Source: Bilabrum cf. latius (Eukaryota). From it: a stretch of DNA of 64,000 nt. Position numbers and translations under genes: made by a program. The notes beneath the pieces were generated by a model. It did not search any database. It worked only from the letters and a program-made list of their open reading frames with translations, and had not been told where the DNA came from. Positions 12,701 through 25,300 of the stretch are shown piece after piece; the stretch's first letter is position 1, and every line of letters starts with the position of its first letter. Where the stretch lies: assembly GCA_965178125.1 (NCBI GenBank), contig OZ237773.1:62001-126000 (forward strand), read 5' to 3'.

Positions 12701-15700
12701 CGCCACCATCCCCGCATCGACATTCGGCGGCATGGACGGCCTGCGGGGGATCGACATGTCCTCCTGCGACCAGCTGACCACCATCCCGTCCCACGCTCTG
12801 GTCACGGACAAAGGCACCCTCACGGAGATCCAGCTGCCATCCAGCCTCACCACCATCGAGGTGGAGGCATTCACCACGACGGACGGCGTGCAGCAGGCGG
12901 GCGTTGAGGTGCTGGACCTGTCAGGGACCCAGCTTGCATCGGTGGTGGATGGCTCCTTCAGAGGACTGCATGGAGTGACCAGGCTGTCCATGCCATCCAC
13001 CCTGGCCACTTTCCCCGCATCGACCTTCGGCGGCATGGACGGCCTGCGGGGGATCGACATGTCATCCTGCGACCAGCTGACCACCATCCCGTCCCACGCT
13101 CTGGGCACGGACAAAGGCACCCTCACGGAGATCCAGCTGCCATCCAGCCTCACCACCATCGAGGCGGAGGCATTCACCACGACGGACGGCGTGCAGCAGT
13201 CGGGCGTTGAGGTGCTGGACCTGTCCGGGACCCAGCTTGCATCGGTGGTGGATGGGTCCTTCAGAGGACTGCATGGAGTGACCAGGCTGTCCATGCCATC
13301 CACCCTGGCCACCATCCCCGCATCGACCTTCGGCGGCATGGACGGCCTGCGGGGGATTGACATGTCCTCCTGCGACCAGCTGACCACCATCCCGTCCCAC
13401 GCTCTGGGCACGGACAAAGGCACCCTCACGGAGATCCAGCTGCCATCCAGTCTCACCACCATCGAGGCGGAGGCATTCACCACGACGGACGGCGTGCAGC
13501 AGGCGGGCGTTGAGGTGCTGGACCTGTCAGGGACCCAGCTTGCATCGGTGGTGGATGGCTCCTTCAGAGGACTGCATGGAGTGACCAGGCTGTCCATGCC
13601 ATCCACCCTGGCCACCATCCCCGCATCGACCTTCAGTGGCGCCTTCGGAGCTGCCGGTGCGTTGACCATCGATGCTCGTGGCGTGCGATCCCTGCACGCG
13701 GATAGCTTCCAGGGCATCGCCGGGGCACCTAGTGCCCTGACGATCAATGTGCCAGCTTTGGAGACTGGGGAGACTGGAACATTTAGGTCCCTATCAGATC
13801 TGCAGCGCCTGGAGCTCACGGTATCCTCGTCCTTCGCTGCCAGCAGCGACACATCCTGCGGGTTCTTCCGGGGACTGACCGCGCTGTAGTCGCTGGTCAT
13901 CCACGGCAACGGGGCCGCCAATGTCTTTGGGCAGTTGCAGGACTTGGCGAACGACGGATTCGCAGGCTGCGACTTCAAGTCCAGCATCCGGGAGCTACAT
14001 CTCCATGGGCTGGACCTTCGTCAGCTTGCGCTGACCCAAGACACATTCTCTTCCCTGACGGGGCTGGAGAAGCTGACCGTCAGTGGTTCATCCGGTGACA
14101 TGGGCTTCAGCATCGAAGATGATGTGCTGACCCCGCTGGTTAGCCTTTAGCAGCTGGATCTATCGGGCAATGGGATTGAAGAACTGCCGCCCCTGACCTC
14201 AACCCCATCCAGCATCTTGGTCAGGATCAATCTCGAGAGCAACTCACTGACCTACGTGCACGAAGGCGCATTTGACAAGCTGCTCGGACTCGTCCAGGTG
14301 GACGTGGACACGGTTGGTGTGTGCACCCAGGGCGCCTCCCGTGGAGTGGTGCAGCTGTCGGGAGGGCCTGGGCCTGCCATGTGCATCGAGTGTCAGCTGG
14401 GGTAGTACTGCGAGGATGGATTGCTGCAAGCCCCCTGTCCTAGAGGCACCTACAACCCCTAGTACAGAGCCACCTCCCTTGATGCCTGCAGGTAGTGTCC
14501 AGAGGGCACCACCACTAGCGTCCCAGGATCCAGCGGGCCTGAAGACTGCATCACCATCACCGTGTCATGTCCTGCCGGTACTGCGGGTCAAGAGTGTGAC
14601 AAGTGCCAACCCGGAACCGCCTCAATGGGAGGCAACATATTGCAATGCATCACGTGCAAAGAGGGCACGGTGTCTCGATCCAATACGGGATCGTAGGTCT
14701 GTGTCGACTGTCCTGCTGGCACTCACATGCCCCTGCAGGGCCGGTCGCTTGTGTCCAGCTGCATTGCCTGTCCTGAGGGCCTCAGGAGCGACGGTGGGTC
14801 CAGTATGTGCTCCGGTTGTCCTGGGGGCACCTTCCTGGACTCTGACACTGGGACATGCGTAGATCCACCGGTGGAGTGCGATGCCGACGGGGCTGTATGC
14901 CTGCCAGGCGTGCCCGAGCCCGTGCCTGCTCCCACGATCGTGGTAGCCCAGGTGCTGCAGCTGCCGCTGCCTTCGGGAGTGGATGATGCTCCAATACCCA
15001 CTGCAGGTGCACCTACCGAGACATCTGTGACTGAAACCCGTCGACTGCGGGTGGGGGGAGTAGATTTGTCGCTGGAGGAAGCCGTGGTATCAGCGAGGAT
15101 GGGTGGTAGTGTCGGGAGGAGACTACAAGAGGCCGAAGGCGGTAGTGGAAATTAGGAGGACGAGGAGGACGAGGAAGGTAACAGCATCCTGGAGACGATG
15201 GCCTGGGTCGTAGCTTCATTCATCATCGCGCTCGTGCTGGTGCTGCTGCTCGTGCCATCCACCCGGCCCATCCTGCACTCGGGGCTGCGTATCGTTGACA
15301 ATATGGCTTCGGCCCATTCTCCAACCGAGTACTCGGCCATTCGCAAAGTAACCACGGCTTCGGGGGGCTGGTTCACGGTGGCAGCCTTCCTGGTGGCTCT
15401 GGCCTCATCGTCTTCGCTCCTTGTACAGTTTGCCTTTCGCAACTCGGTCACCACGGACGGCCTGAGGGTGGCCACACAAGGCGTCCCGGGGGCTAGTCGG
15501 GCCGCTGCTGCTCGCACTGATGTGGTGCTGGACGTGGCCGTGCCCAAGACGTCGCTCGTGGGATGTCCTGACGCCCTTCAACTGTCCGTGTCCCAGGGCC
15601 GGCTGTTCGTCGCATCCGGGGAGGGGCAGACGGCCCCTCCTCATTCCTTGTCTGGCCTTGCTGTCGATGTGCAGGTAGAGGAGCTGGAGATTGCAGTGGA

Positions 15701-15723
15701 AGTGTCATCATCATCTTCTTCCG

Positions 15724-15757
<34 letters not shown>

Positions 15758-16589
15758 TCAGCAGTAGTCGCTGTGCTGGATGCGGGCCACGTGCGCCGAC
15801 TGCGGGCTGTAGCAAGCCACGTCGCTGCAGGTGGACGCGCATTGGGCGGCTCAGGTGATCGGCTGGCGACTGGCCACGATGGACGCTGAGGGTGCATGGT
15901 CGCTGGAGAGCGGGGTGGCCGTGCCTCCTGCTGGTGACCCCGACGTGACGAATGTCACGCTACACGTGAACGAGATGCTGGGCCTGCGCACCGAGGCCAT
16001 CGCGCTCGTGGGGCATCTGCTGGACGACTCCACCGTGCGAGGATCGGATCCTCTGCAGGCCGACGGGTACCGCACGCAGGACACGCAGACTGGTGCAACT
16101 GAGACCCGGCCCGTGGGCAGCATCAACCCGGCCACATCGCTGACGCAGCTGCGGATCGAGCTGCAGCGATCGGGGGTCTTCGCTACGACGCAAGTGGTGC
16201 CTGCGCTGAGCCCTGCGCAACTCGCGTCGGCTATCTCTGGCCTGGTGGTTGGTATCCTGGGCGGGTTCACGTCTGCGTTCGCGCTGTTCGAGAAGTTCGC
16301 GGGCGAGAGGATGGTGTGGCTGTGCGGGCCTACGGGGCTAGTGGCCACGCAGGAGGAGGAGGAGTTGAGGAGGCAGAGGGAGGGGGAGTTGAGTGCCCCT
16401 GTGGCTAACACCACAAGACCAAAGGGCATACCAGGCAAGGTCGGTGCCCAGAGCACGAAGGGGGCTGCTCCTACTGGTGAGATTATGCCCATGCAATCAC
16501 CGATGTGGTCCGAGGATGAACGTCACTGTGCGAAGCAGAAGGAGGGCACGGAGGAGGGCACGAAGGCGGGCAAGAGGGAGGGCCAGTGA
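9771..16589 (+). CDS. Cell-surface receptor-like protein, about 2272 aa: signal peptide, RCC1/CRINKLY4-like repeats, BspA-like LRR tandem array, further LRRs, Cys-rich GCC2/GCC3-like repeats, about 3 TM segments
   Basis: One frame runs from MPLLIIPLACLLILSRTVSA to TGA 16587-16589 with no TAA or TGA. It has 16 in-frame TAGs (10167, 10338, 10554, 10629, 10671, 10719, 10884, 13887, 14148, 14403, 14460, 14493, 14694, 15153, 15765, 15810). Motifs include repeated ACGI...IHCWG, IQLPSSLTTIE.EAF, LDLSGN and C..CP.GT. Confidence 0.85.
10932..13633 (+). repeat. Coding tandem array of about 9 near-identical 303-bp (101-aa) LRR units
   Basis: The unit start IDMSSCDQ recurs at 10932, 11235, 11538, 11841, 12144, 12447, 12750, 13053 and 13356. 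The last unit is slightly truncated. Confidence 0.97.
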
Positions 16590-16903
16590 GAGATGTGAAG
16601 GGAAGGGTGTGTAGCTACCGTAGGACAGGCTAGCGGGGGGATCAAGATTGATTAATCCTTTGGGATGGTTAAAGTGCGAGGGGTAAGGAATCGACGGCAG
16701 GGAGGAGGGGGCCCAGCTGCTGCTTGACCACCATGCCCAGCAAGCAAGTCATCGGGGATCTGAACGCGGCCTGGGATTAGGCAACCTGCTACTGCTAGAG
16801 GGGAGCAGCTGGACGGGCATGCAAAGCTGGACGCAGCCGGATGGCTCCGGCAACCCTCCAAACTTATAGGTGTTCACCCGAGCTTTTCAATCCCTTGCCC
16901 AGC

Positions 16904-19900
16904 TCACCGCTTGCGCCTCCTCCTCCTCCGATCTTTCCGCGCTGAGCTAGCCCCATCACCGGCCTCAGCCCCAGCCCCAGCCCTGGCACTCCCATCCTCT
17001 AGTCCAGTAGGTCCAGGATTGCTAGCATCCTCACCTTCTGTAGACGCAGCACCCAGTCCTTCAGCTGCCTCATCGTGCAGTGTAACATCCCCACCGGCAC
17101 CAGTGACCTGGAATGCACCCCCCTTCCCCTCTGTCTCTGTCACTGCCTCTGGCTCCCCTGCACCTTCCCCACCCCCAGTCCCTGCTTCCACACCCTGTGC
17201 TCCACCACTGGCCCGCAGCTCAGCGATCCGAGCCTCCACGCGGCGCCTCGTCTGCAGCGACCGCACGGCCTGTCCCCCCGCGGGCTTTCTCCCCTTGCCC
17301 TTCCCCTTGCCACCGCCGGCACCGGCACCGGCCGACGAGCCCCCTCCCATCCGACTGCGCCCGCCAAGGACCACCGCAGCGCCCATCCCCGGTCCCATCC
17401 CACCGCCTGTACCACCGTGCGATGCGCCCTGCCCGGCCTCTGCCAGCAGCCTGGACTGCACCTCCAAGTTGAGCATCAGCTCCCTCAGCTGCTCCTCCAT
17501 CTCGGCTACCTTTTTGCGCTCCGAATCCAATGCCTGCCTCCCCTCCCTCCTTGCTCTGGCCAGCCGCACCTCCCACTGCTCCTGCCCGGCCTGCATGGAC
17601 CCGAGAAGGCCCTCGGCCTCGTGGGCCCGCCGGGCGGATTCATCCGCGCGTTCCTCCGCTTTCTCCGCACGTTTCTCCGCCGCTGCCCGGTCTCTCTCGG
17701 CGCCCCCTGCCCGGGTCTCCGCCGCATCGGCCCGCTCCTCCGCGGCACGTGCCCGTTCTTCTGCCTCCATCGCCCGCTCCTCCAGAGCCGCGCGGCTGTC
17801 GGCGTGCCTGGCAGCCGCCGCCGCCGCCTGCCCCTCGAAGTACTCCCTCTGTGCCTCCAGTTGGCTGGTCAGCAGGACATTGTACTCGTGGAAAATCGCA
17901 TCGGCCTTAGCGTACAGCGCGCCCTCGTCCACCAGTCCACCCGTGGACTGCGCCTGGCCCTGCCCTGCAACCGCCGTGGAAGCCGCAGCGACAGCGGCAG
18001 AAGCGGAAGCCCCGCTGCCGGCCGCACCCCCGACATGTGACGAGTGCGCCTCGGTAGTACCCCCGTACGCCCCGCTGTCGCTCCTGCCCACGACCCTCCC
18101 ACTGTTCCCCCGCACTACCTCGGGGTCGGGCAGCTCGATCATCTTGCCATCGGTCCGGTTGAGGATGAGCCGGTGGACGTACCCGTCTCCCGAGTAATCC
18201 CACACGCGCTGCGTGTCGAGCTCGACGGCGTACGTGTGTCCCGTAGACCGGAAGTGGTCGAGGGCGTGCTTCCTGTCGTACCGCCCGCACCCTACGGCCC
18301 CGCACACGAGGCACATCCACAGGTTACGCCTGGCCTGGCAGGTCTCGCACTTGGGCGCTTCGTCCTCGTCGGCCTCGCCCATGAAATGCCGGCACACGGG
18401 ACACGTGGCATCGTACCAGTTCCTGATGCAGTCCGTGTGAAACGTGTGGTTGCACACAGTCGTCATGAGACCGGAGGCGGCACCCTCCAGTCGCTCCAGG
18501 CACACGGGGCACGTGGGCAGCTCGGTGAGGCCCGCCGCGGCGCCGGTTCCGCTGGACCGACCCGAGGCACTGCTGCTGCTGGCAGCCCCCGGTGAGGTGC
18601 ATCGCTCTGCAGCATCATCATCACCAGGCAGCCGGCCGCGGGCCCGCTAGGCAGGGGCTGCTGCAGCCGTAGATGGCGTACGAGATGCCGATCCATGCGC
18701 CGCTGCCGCAGCCGAAGCAGCGCTGTTGACTAGCCGAGGAGGGGCCTCGTGGCCTGTTCCCCCGCTGCTGTGCTCGTGGTTGCAACCCTTTCCATGCTGG
18801 CGCCCACCATCCCGGTACCCTGACTCCGCCAGCAGAGCGTGCTACCGCTGCCTCTGCAGACTGAGGCGGGCAGCCTCCAGGTGATCTGCAGAGATTGCGC
18901 GGCGCCACATGAACGCCGGTGCAGGTTCCGCATCCGTGGTGTTCCCACCTGAGCTGTGACGAGCGAGCCATTCCGGGTCGAGCAGCCTGTGCCTGTGACG
19001 AGTGAACCTCTGCAGGTGCTCCGGCGCCGATGCCGTCGAGCTAGCCTCCGATGCGACGGAGCCGCACTCGGGGGCATTGCTCGAGACGTCTGCCTCATCT
19101 CCACAGTCGCTGTCACTCTGAAGTGCCGAATGACTTGCACTACCATGCGCTGCACTCGCACCCTAGCTGGCTTCTCCTCGCAATGCGGACCCCAGCAAGC
19201 CCCCATCACCTGCGTACCCAAGGGAACCGCTAGTTCCGGTTTGAAGCCCATGCTCTGATTTGGGGCCCCGCAGTCCTCTCTCAGCGGATGTGCCGCTGCT
19301 ACTGCCCATGCTGCTGCCTTTGCCAACACCATACCGAGTGGTGGCGACAGCTCCCGGCAGCGAGGGCGGCTGCACTGCACTATGGTGCGTTCCTGCTGCT
19401 TTACTTCGTTGCACTTCTCTATTTGCCCTTCCCCTGCCGGTGTGGGTTCCTGTTTCTGCCCCTGCTGCGGCCGCTGCGGCTGTGCTGGTGCTGGACCCGG
19501 CCAGCTGCGGGATGCCGAACGACATGTCGATGGTCGGGTCTGTTGGGTGCAGCGCATTGCCGCGCGGGTCGCTTGTCGTGGGGTCCGTGCTTCTGCACCG
19601 GCGTACCTCATTGCTCCGATCGAATGCGTCGATGCCTCCCTCCGAGGACGAGGGCGAAGGGCACGGCAGGCGCTCTGTGTCTTTGCCCCGCGGGTCCTTG
19701 CCGGCTGCTGGTGCTTCTGCTGGTGCTGGTGCCGATGACAACGACGGCGGGCGTGAATTCGTGGGCTCGTGCTTCGAAGGCGATGGGTCTCTCTCCTCGC
19801 CCTGCTTGCTCTCGAGCGCGGCGCCGGTTCCGCCCGAAGGAGCAGTCGCACCTGTGGCGAAAGGTCCCGAGGGCCTGTCCCCGGTTTCGGACGGACGTTC

Positions 19901-20458
19901 GAAATGCAACTCCTTCACGTACACAATGCGGCACTACTAGGTCTCAAGTGAGTTGAAAGGCGCCCCGTTTTTGTCCCGGAATGCAGCATCAGCGGCAGCC
20001 TGCGAATCCATCTCGATTGCGGCCATGAATCGGCCCGGCCGCTCGTCCCGCAGAAGCCGCATATGGACCACGTGGGGAAGGTGATCTCCAAGAAAATTGC
20101 AAAGCTCAGCTGGCAGCAAATGGGACGGCACTGCGAGCAGGCACAGGACTCTAGACGGGCCACCAGTCGCTGCAGCACTGCTTGAGCCAGGTGTGGCCAC
20201 CGACACTCCTGCTGTCCGACGTGAAGACTTGTGGTTCCTATCAGCGGATATAAACTCCTACTCGTTTTCGCGAAACAGTCGAATAATGCCTCGAATGCGA
20301 GTAACGTGGACCGTTCCCGTCGAAAAGCGCAGAATCTCTGGCACCACGTCTACGTGGGCTCCTGACTGTCTGCCCGCATTCGCTTCGGACGAAGGACTCG
20401 AGGATCTTAAATTAGGATCTGAAGATATCTGCAAGCGATATGTTGGGGCGGAGTTCAT
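16904..20458 (-). CDS. BRAP: BRCA1-associated protein BRAP2/IMP/Etp1-like E3 ligase (BRAP2 domain, RING-H2, ZnF-UBP, coiled coil), about 1184 aa
   Basis: Motifs FSTGTVHVTRIRGIIRLFR; NGAPFNSLET**CRIVYVK; ELPTCPVCLERL...CNHTFH..C...W....CPVCR; LWMCLVCGAVGCGRYDRKHALDHF..TGH.YA.ELDTQRVWDY.GDGYVHRL; EYNVLLTSQLEAQREYFE. In-frame TAGs at 20258, 19937, 19934, 19163, 18842 and 18647. Stop TGA 16904. Confidence 0.93.
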
Positions 20459-21497
20459 GTTTGAAGTGTCAAGAACGAACAAAAGCAAGCAGCGGAGCAG
20501 TGCGCTGCACCCTTGGCAGCACCAAACATCCGACTGCAACACAATCACTAGTACACCAGTGGACGAGAGCTAAGATCGTGTCATACAAAATGTACACGGT
20601 ACGAGACCACTGGCACTGCCACCCAGCATACCCGCTCGCATCTGCGCACTGGCCGAGGAGGGAACTGCCGTGCCAGTGGCGCTGCCGCATCCCGTTTTGT
20701 ATCACCACCAGCGCATTCACACTCACGCCCCGCGGCTCTTCCTCAGTACCAGCGCATCCTCTGGAAGCAAGAATCCTACATCACTGTATGTTATAGTTAG
20801 TAATTCTTCTTGGATTTTGTTGTTGTTCCCACTGCATCTTCTTCAGGAAGGCAGCCTCGAGGTGCAGGACAGTGGCGGCCTTGCACTGCCAAGTGTTGGT
20901 GGCGTGCGTGGGTGGCATGGTCCGGGCATTGACCCGGAGGAGGAGGGAGGCTGAGACTCGCCGCGACCCAACATACCAACCCACTGCCAAGAGCCGCTGG
21001 CAGGCCGTGATGGTTGCTAGCTAGGGGCCGTCATCGGAGTCTACTTAGGGGTGCCGCCATCACGCTCGCATTCTGATTCGGATATGACACGATACATCAG
21101 CTAAATCTAAGTCTGAAAACAAACACTGGAATCAAATCACCGACAGCTGGCCGTCTCCCACAAGCCGTCAGTTGCAAGGCGCCCCATGCCGGCACGTCAC
21201 TTGCCGAGTGCTCGTGCAAGCTTCTCGTCCTCTGCGATCCCCCTGGCATGCCATGAGGTCCTCCGTGGCATCACTTCGTTCACATTGTACGTGTCCCAGA
21301 TCTCACTGCGCGACGTGTTGGACGGGAAGGGGAGGGGAAGCGAGACGAGTACTACAGGGTGTTGCAACATCATGTGCAGGCGGGCACACAGGCACGGCTT
21401 TCGGTTGCCGACCCACGCACACGTCCCCCGGAAATGTGCAATGCTACATCGAAGTTCCAACAGCTACGCACACTGCTAGAATGCGATGGCAACTCTC

Positions 21498-21965
21498 TCA
21501 CTTTCCATTCGGCTGCAGCAAGGCCGCTCTGTGGCTAGGAAGCAGCGTCAGTTCAGACGGGATAGGGCTGATGACCCCGGATGGAATGTGCCAACGAACA
21601 TGGCCTCGGTCGTTGAGAATCACAAGGTCTCCCTTCCGGCCGCATCCATTCCCAGGGGCGAAAAATAGAACGCAATTTCTTCCTCTTCCATGTGTGTCAG
21701 ATGCCCACACGTGCTTCCCACCCTTCCTGTAGATAACTAGATTACAGTCAGACTGCATTATCATGTGGGTGTCCCCGGCAACTAGTTTCTTATTGGTTCG
21801 AAGGATCTATCCGAATCGCATGATGTTGGATTCGGCTGCCTCCTGCTTCTTGGCTGCCTCAAGCCAGCACGAGCCGCCGTGCTCAGAGCTAGCACCATGG
21901 CGATTCCTTCGCAATGCCCCAGTGACCTGCCATATTATGAATTTATAAAAAAAACAATGAATCAT
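21498..21965 (-). CDS. Bulb-type (GNA/B-) lectin domain protein; boundaries uncertain
   Basis: MRFG*ILRTNKKLVAGDTHMIMQSDCNLVIYRKGGKHVWASDTHG contains the QxDxNxVxY mannose-binding motif and WAS.T. The TAG at 21807 falls at the usual GQxL position. Introns at either end are possible. Confidence 0.7.
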
Positions 21966-22316
21966 GATGTTCTTGTGTAAGTACGGCAAACAAAAAAATA
22001 ATCATCGAGGGCTTACACTGGTTCTATCAGTCGCTAAGCTTGTTTGCACAAGTGCTAAGCACGTTATAGACACTGCAACTATGAATCGTAGCATTGCAAT
22101 CGCCGCTGGCGGCTAATTGATGCAGTGGCTGAGCCGATACTGGCCGGGCGCGCTGTCTCTTTGGTGGTTGTAACCGATATAGGCCCAGAATGATTGGCGA
22201 TTATTCTCTTCTTGTTTTTCTGTAGCGAGCTTGTTCCTCTAGTGAAGCCTTCTGTCACCCAAACAATATTTGGTAACACAATGCAGCTCTCAACCACCAA
22301 CCAGCCCACCGACTCC

Positions 22317-25300
22317 TCATACCCCAAGCACCCCAGCCTCCGCTTCCTCTCCCAGCGCATCTCGCCCCTCGTTCGCGGCCTCCTCCAGCGCACGAATCAC
22401 CCGCTGCTGCCTCTCGGACTGCACCGCCGCCAGTGCCCGCAGCGACCGCCGGGCCGCCCGAAGCGCCCTGGCAGGCACCATCCACCAGTGGAACCGCGAG
22501 GCGGCCTGCGCCGCTGGCCGGGCGGGGACAACCAGCGACGTCACCTGCACTCCACCGAGGGCGATAGCGTCAGCACCTGAGACCGCGGGACCCCGGGATC
22601 GAGCCCCGCGGTGGCGCCCACTGCGCTTCCTGCGTTTCTTTTTATGCTTTTTCTTCTTCTAGGATGTCTGCCCTCCATCCTCACGCTCTGGGCTCAAAGG
22701 TGACTTGGCTGGAGCTGGAGCGGGATTCGCCACTCTGCTGCTGCTGTTGGCCGAGGCGAAGGGGCGCGCTTCCTCCTCCTCTGACGAGTCGGTGCCATCC
22801 ACGGATCCATCGGTGGACGATCCCGAGCTGGATATACCCGCATCGAGTGGTGGAGCGTGCGGGTCATTCCTCTGCATCACGTGCACGTGGTACTTGCGCG
22901 CCCGCTGCACCAGCCCCCGCCTCTCCCCCTGTCCCCCACCCCCCCTCTGCCCCACCTCCGCATGAGCCAAGACCTCAACGGCGCGCTAGTACAGAGACGT
23001 GCCGCGGTCTTGCGAGTGCGATTGCGCGGCGCCTGCGGAACCGGAGTTGCCCCCGCCGATTTGACTGCCCTCCTTCCTTGCCTGCTCCACCGATTCTTGT
23101 TTCTGTTCTCCCTGCTCAACTTCCTTCTCATTTTCCTCGTCCTCTTCCTCGTCCTCGCTGCTGCTGGTGTCGGCCTCTCCCTTGTCGAAACGATCTGCCA
23201 GTCGTCTGCCCTCTCGCCGCAGTGCCGCCTCCGATATCCCTGCGGCACGTAGAGCTGAACCTTCCTTGGACGTGAGGGGGAGGCCCAGTCTGGCACGCAG
23301 TGGGGCGGGCAGCCGACGGACGGCGTCGTCGGGGGCCGAGGCCAGGAGCTCGTCCGCGTCTCGGCTTGCAACGGGTCTCGATCCTCCGCGCCCAGCATCC
23401 GAATCCGACCGGATCAGCAGACGCCCGCCCGCGCCCTTGCCCGGCCCAGTGGCACGCAGCAGTGCGTTTGCGATCGCCTCCGCATCGCTGGCGGGCGGCT
23501 GTGGTGCTGACGCAGAGAGTGCCCCCCTCTCTCTCGCGTGGATGGAGGCAGCCAGCTCGCAGGCCGCGCACCGCAGGGGGGGCGGCGGGATGAGGTCGTC
23601 GGGCGGTCTGCAGGCCAGTAGAGCCGCTCTCCTGAGCGCTTTTGCCTCCCTCCTCATGCGATCGTTGTCCTCCAACGCCTCCTGCTCGGCGTCCTTTGAA
23701 ATGTGCGACACCTCATCACCCTCATCCACATCCACAAGCGGATCCGTTGGAGCATCATCGGCCTGTCGTCCTCCTGATTGGCTCTAGCTGGTGATGCCGA
23801 CGTCTACCTGCCCTGGCGCCCTCATCTGCTTCTCCTTCTCCTCCTGTTCCCTGACTTTCTTCCTTCTCTCGATCTCATCGACCCTCTTCTGTCTCTCCTG
23901 CTCCTCCTCGTGCATCCGCACCTGCTCCTCCTGTGCATCCGCCAGCCGCTGCAGCTCGAACCCATGGCCCGTAGTCTCCCAGTCGAGGGAGTGCTGCGCC
24001 TCCCATAGCCTCTCCTGGGCCCGGCCCACCCACTTTACCCAGGCCTCCAGAGCCCCCCTGGGCAAACCCGCAGACACCTCCGCGCAGCGTCTGCACACCG
24101 CGTGCCCGCACGCCAGCTGCACGGGTTCGCGCAGCAGAGACACGCAGTGCAGGCAGGTCGAGTCTGTCCTCAGAGCCCTGTCGATGCTGGCTGCCTGACC
24201 CACGGCCTGTGCCGCAAGCTCCGACGCTTTCACCGTCTGCGTCATTGCGGCTCCGAGTTGCACGGTCATGGCCCGGATGGCGTCTGCCTGCGCCCGCATC
24301 CTCCTCCTCACCGCCATGGCTTGCCGCTTGGAAAGCTTCACGCCGCCCTTGCTGGAGCTAGATCCACCGGTGGAGCGCCTAGGCACGGTGTCGCCCCCCG
24401 GGTCACGATGCTCAATTCCTGAAGATGAAGATCTGTACGGGCCGGGGGGCGGCGAGCCGAGACCGCGGGCTCCCAGCGCCCCAGTGGCCTCGTGCACCTC
24501 GGCCCCCAGCGGGCCCGTGAGCAAATCCCTGACGATGGCTTCCTTCGAGTTGGAGTCTACCCCTTGCCTGCCCTTGCCTCTGCCCTCGCTGTCCATGGAT
24601 CCAGCACTCGTCACACCGTCGTGCGCGGCACCGTCCGCGCCCTGTGACGCGTGCGCCGTGTCACCATCCAGCGCGGGGAGGCCGTCCGCGATCTTCCGCG
24701 CCGCCAGCTCAGCGGCGGCGTTCTGTTTCTACCCTATTCTGGAGGAGGCACCCAGCGTGTCGATTGCGTGGCTGCTGCCTATCTTGCCCCCCAGGTGGTA
24801 CATGCCCCCTGTGAGCTGCCGCAGGTCCGTCTTGAGCACGAACTCGCGCTTCTTGGCGGCATCCAGAGCCTCCTCCTGCTCTTTCACATGCCCGCTCAGC
24901 GCCTGCACGGTGCCTCGCAATGCCTCTATCCTCTTCGTCATCATCTGCGTGCTCTGGACCGCACCGGGCGACATGCCTCCGCCACGGCCCCGTGGACTTC
25001 CGGATCCGCTGCCGTTGCCCCCTCGGCGCGGACTTCTTCGCGACGAGGACCGCGCGCGGCGTGGGCTGCCTGCCCGTGCACTTGTCACGCGCCTGCCACT
25101 GGCCCTCCTGGGACTCTGCCGCGGAGTAGCAGGCGATCCAGCATCGTCCGCCTGGCCTCCGCCTCCTCCTCCTCCTCCTCCTCCTCCTCCGCCTTGAGAA
25201 GCAAGTCTATCCCTCCTTGCCCCGCTCGGGGCGGTTGCAACCCGTTGTTCCCTACCGGGGGATGAGTCCTACCGGGGAGGCGTGCTGAGGACGCGCCTTG

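Noticed and set aside
10932-13633. Regular repeat array as a possible CRISPR
   Set aside because: The units are contiguous 303-bp coding repeats with no unique spacers, in a eukaryotic context with no cas genes.
10883-13987. 1034-aa minus-strand ORF and many other long overlapping ORFs in the track
   Set aside because: These are antisense or off-frame shadows of GC-rich coding sequence. This one simply mirrors the 303-bp repeat.
20550-21460. Short ORFs between BRAP2 and the lectin gene (also 2300-3050, 5700-6500 and 30719-31069)
   Set aside because: No recognisable motifs and no consistent long frame even with TAG read as sense. Treated as intergenic, UTR or unplaced exons.
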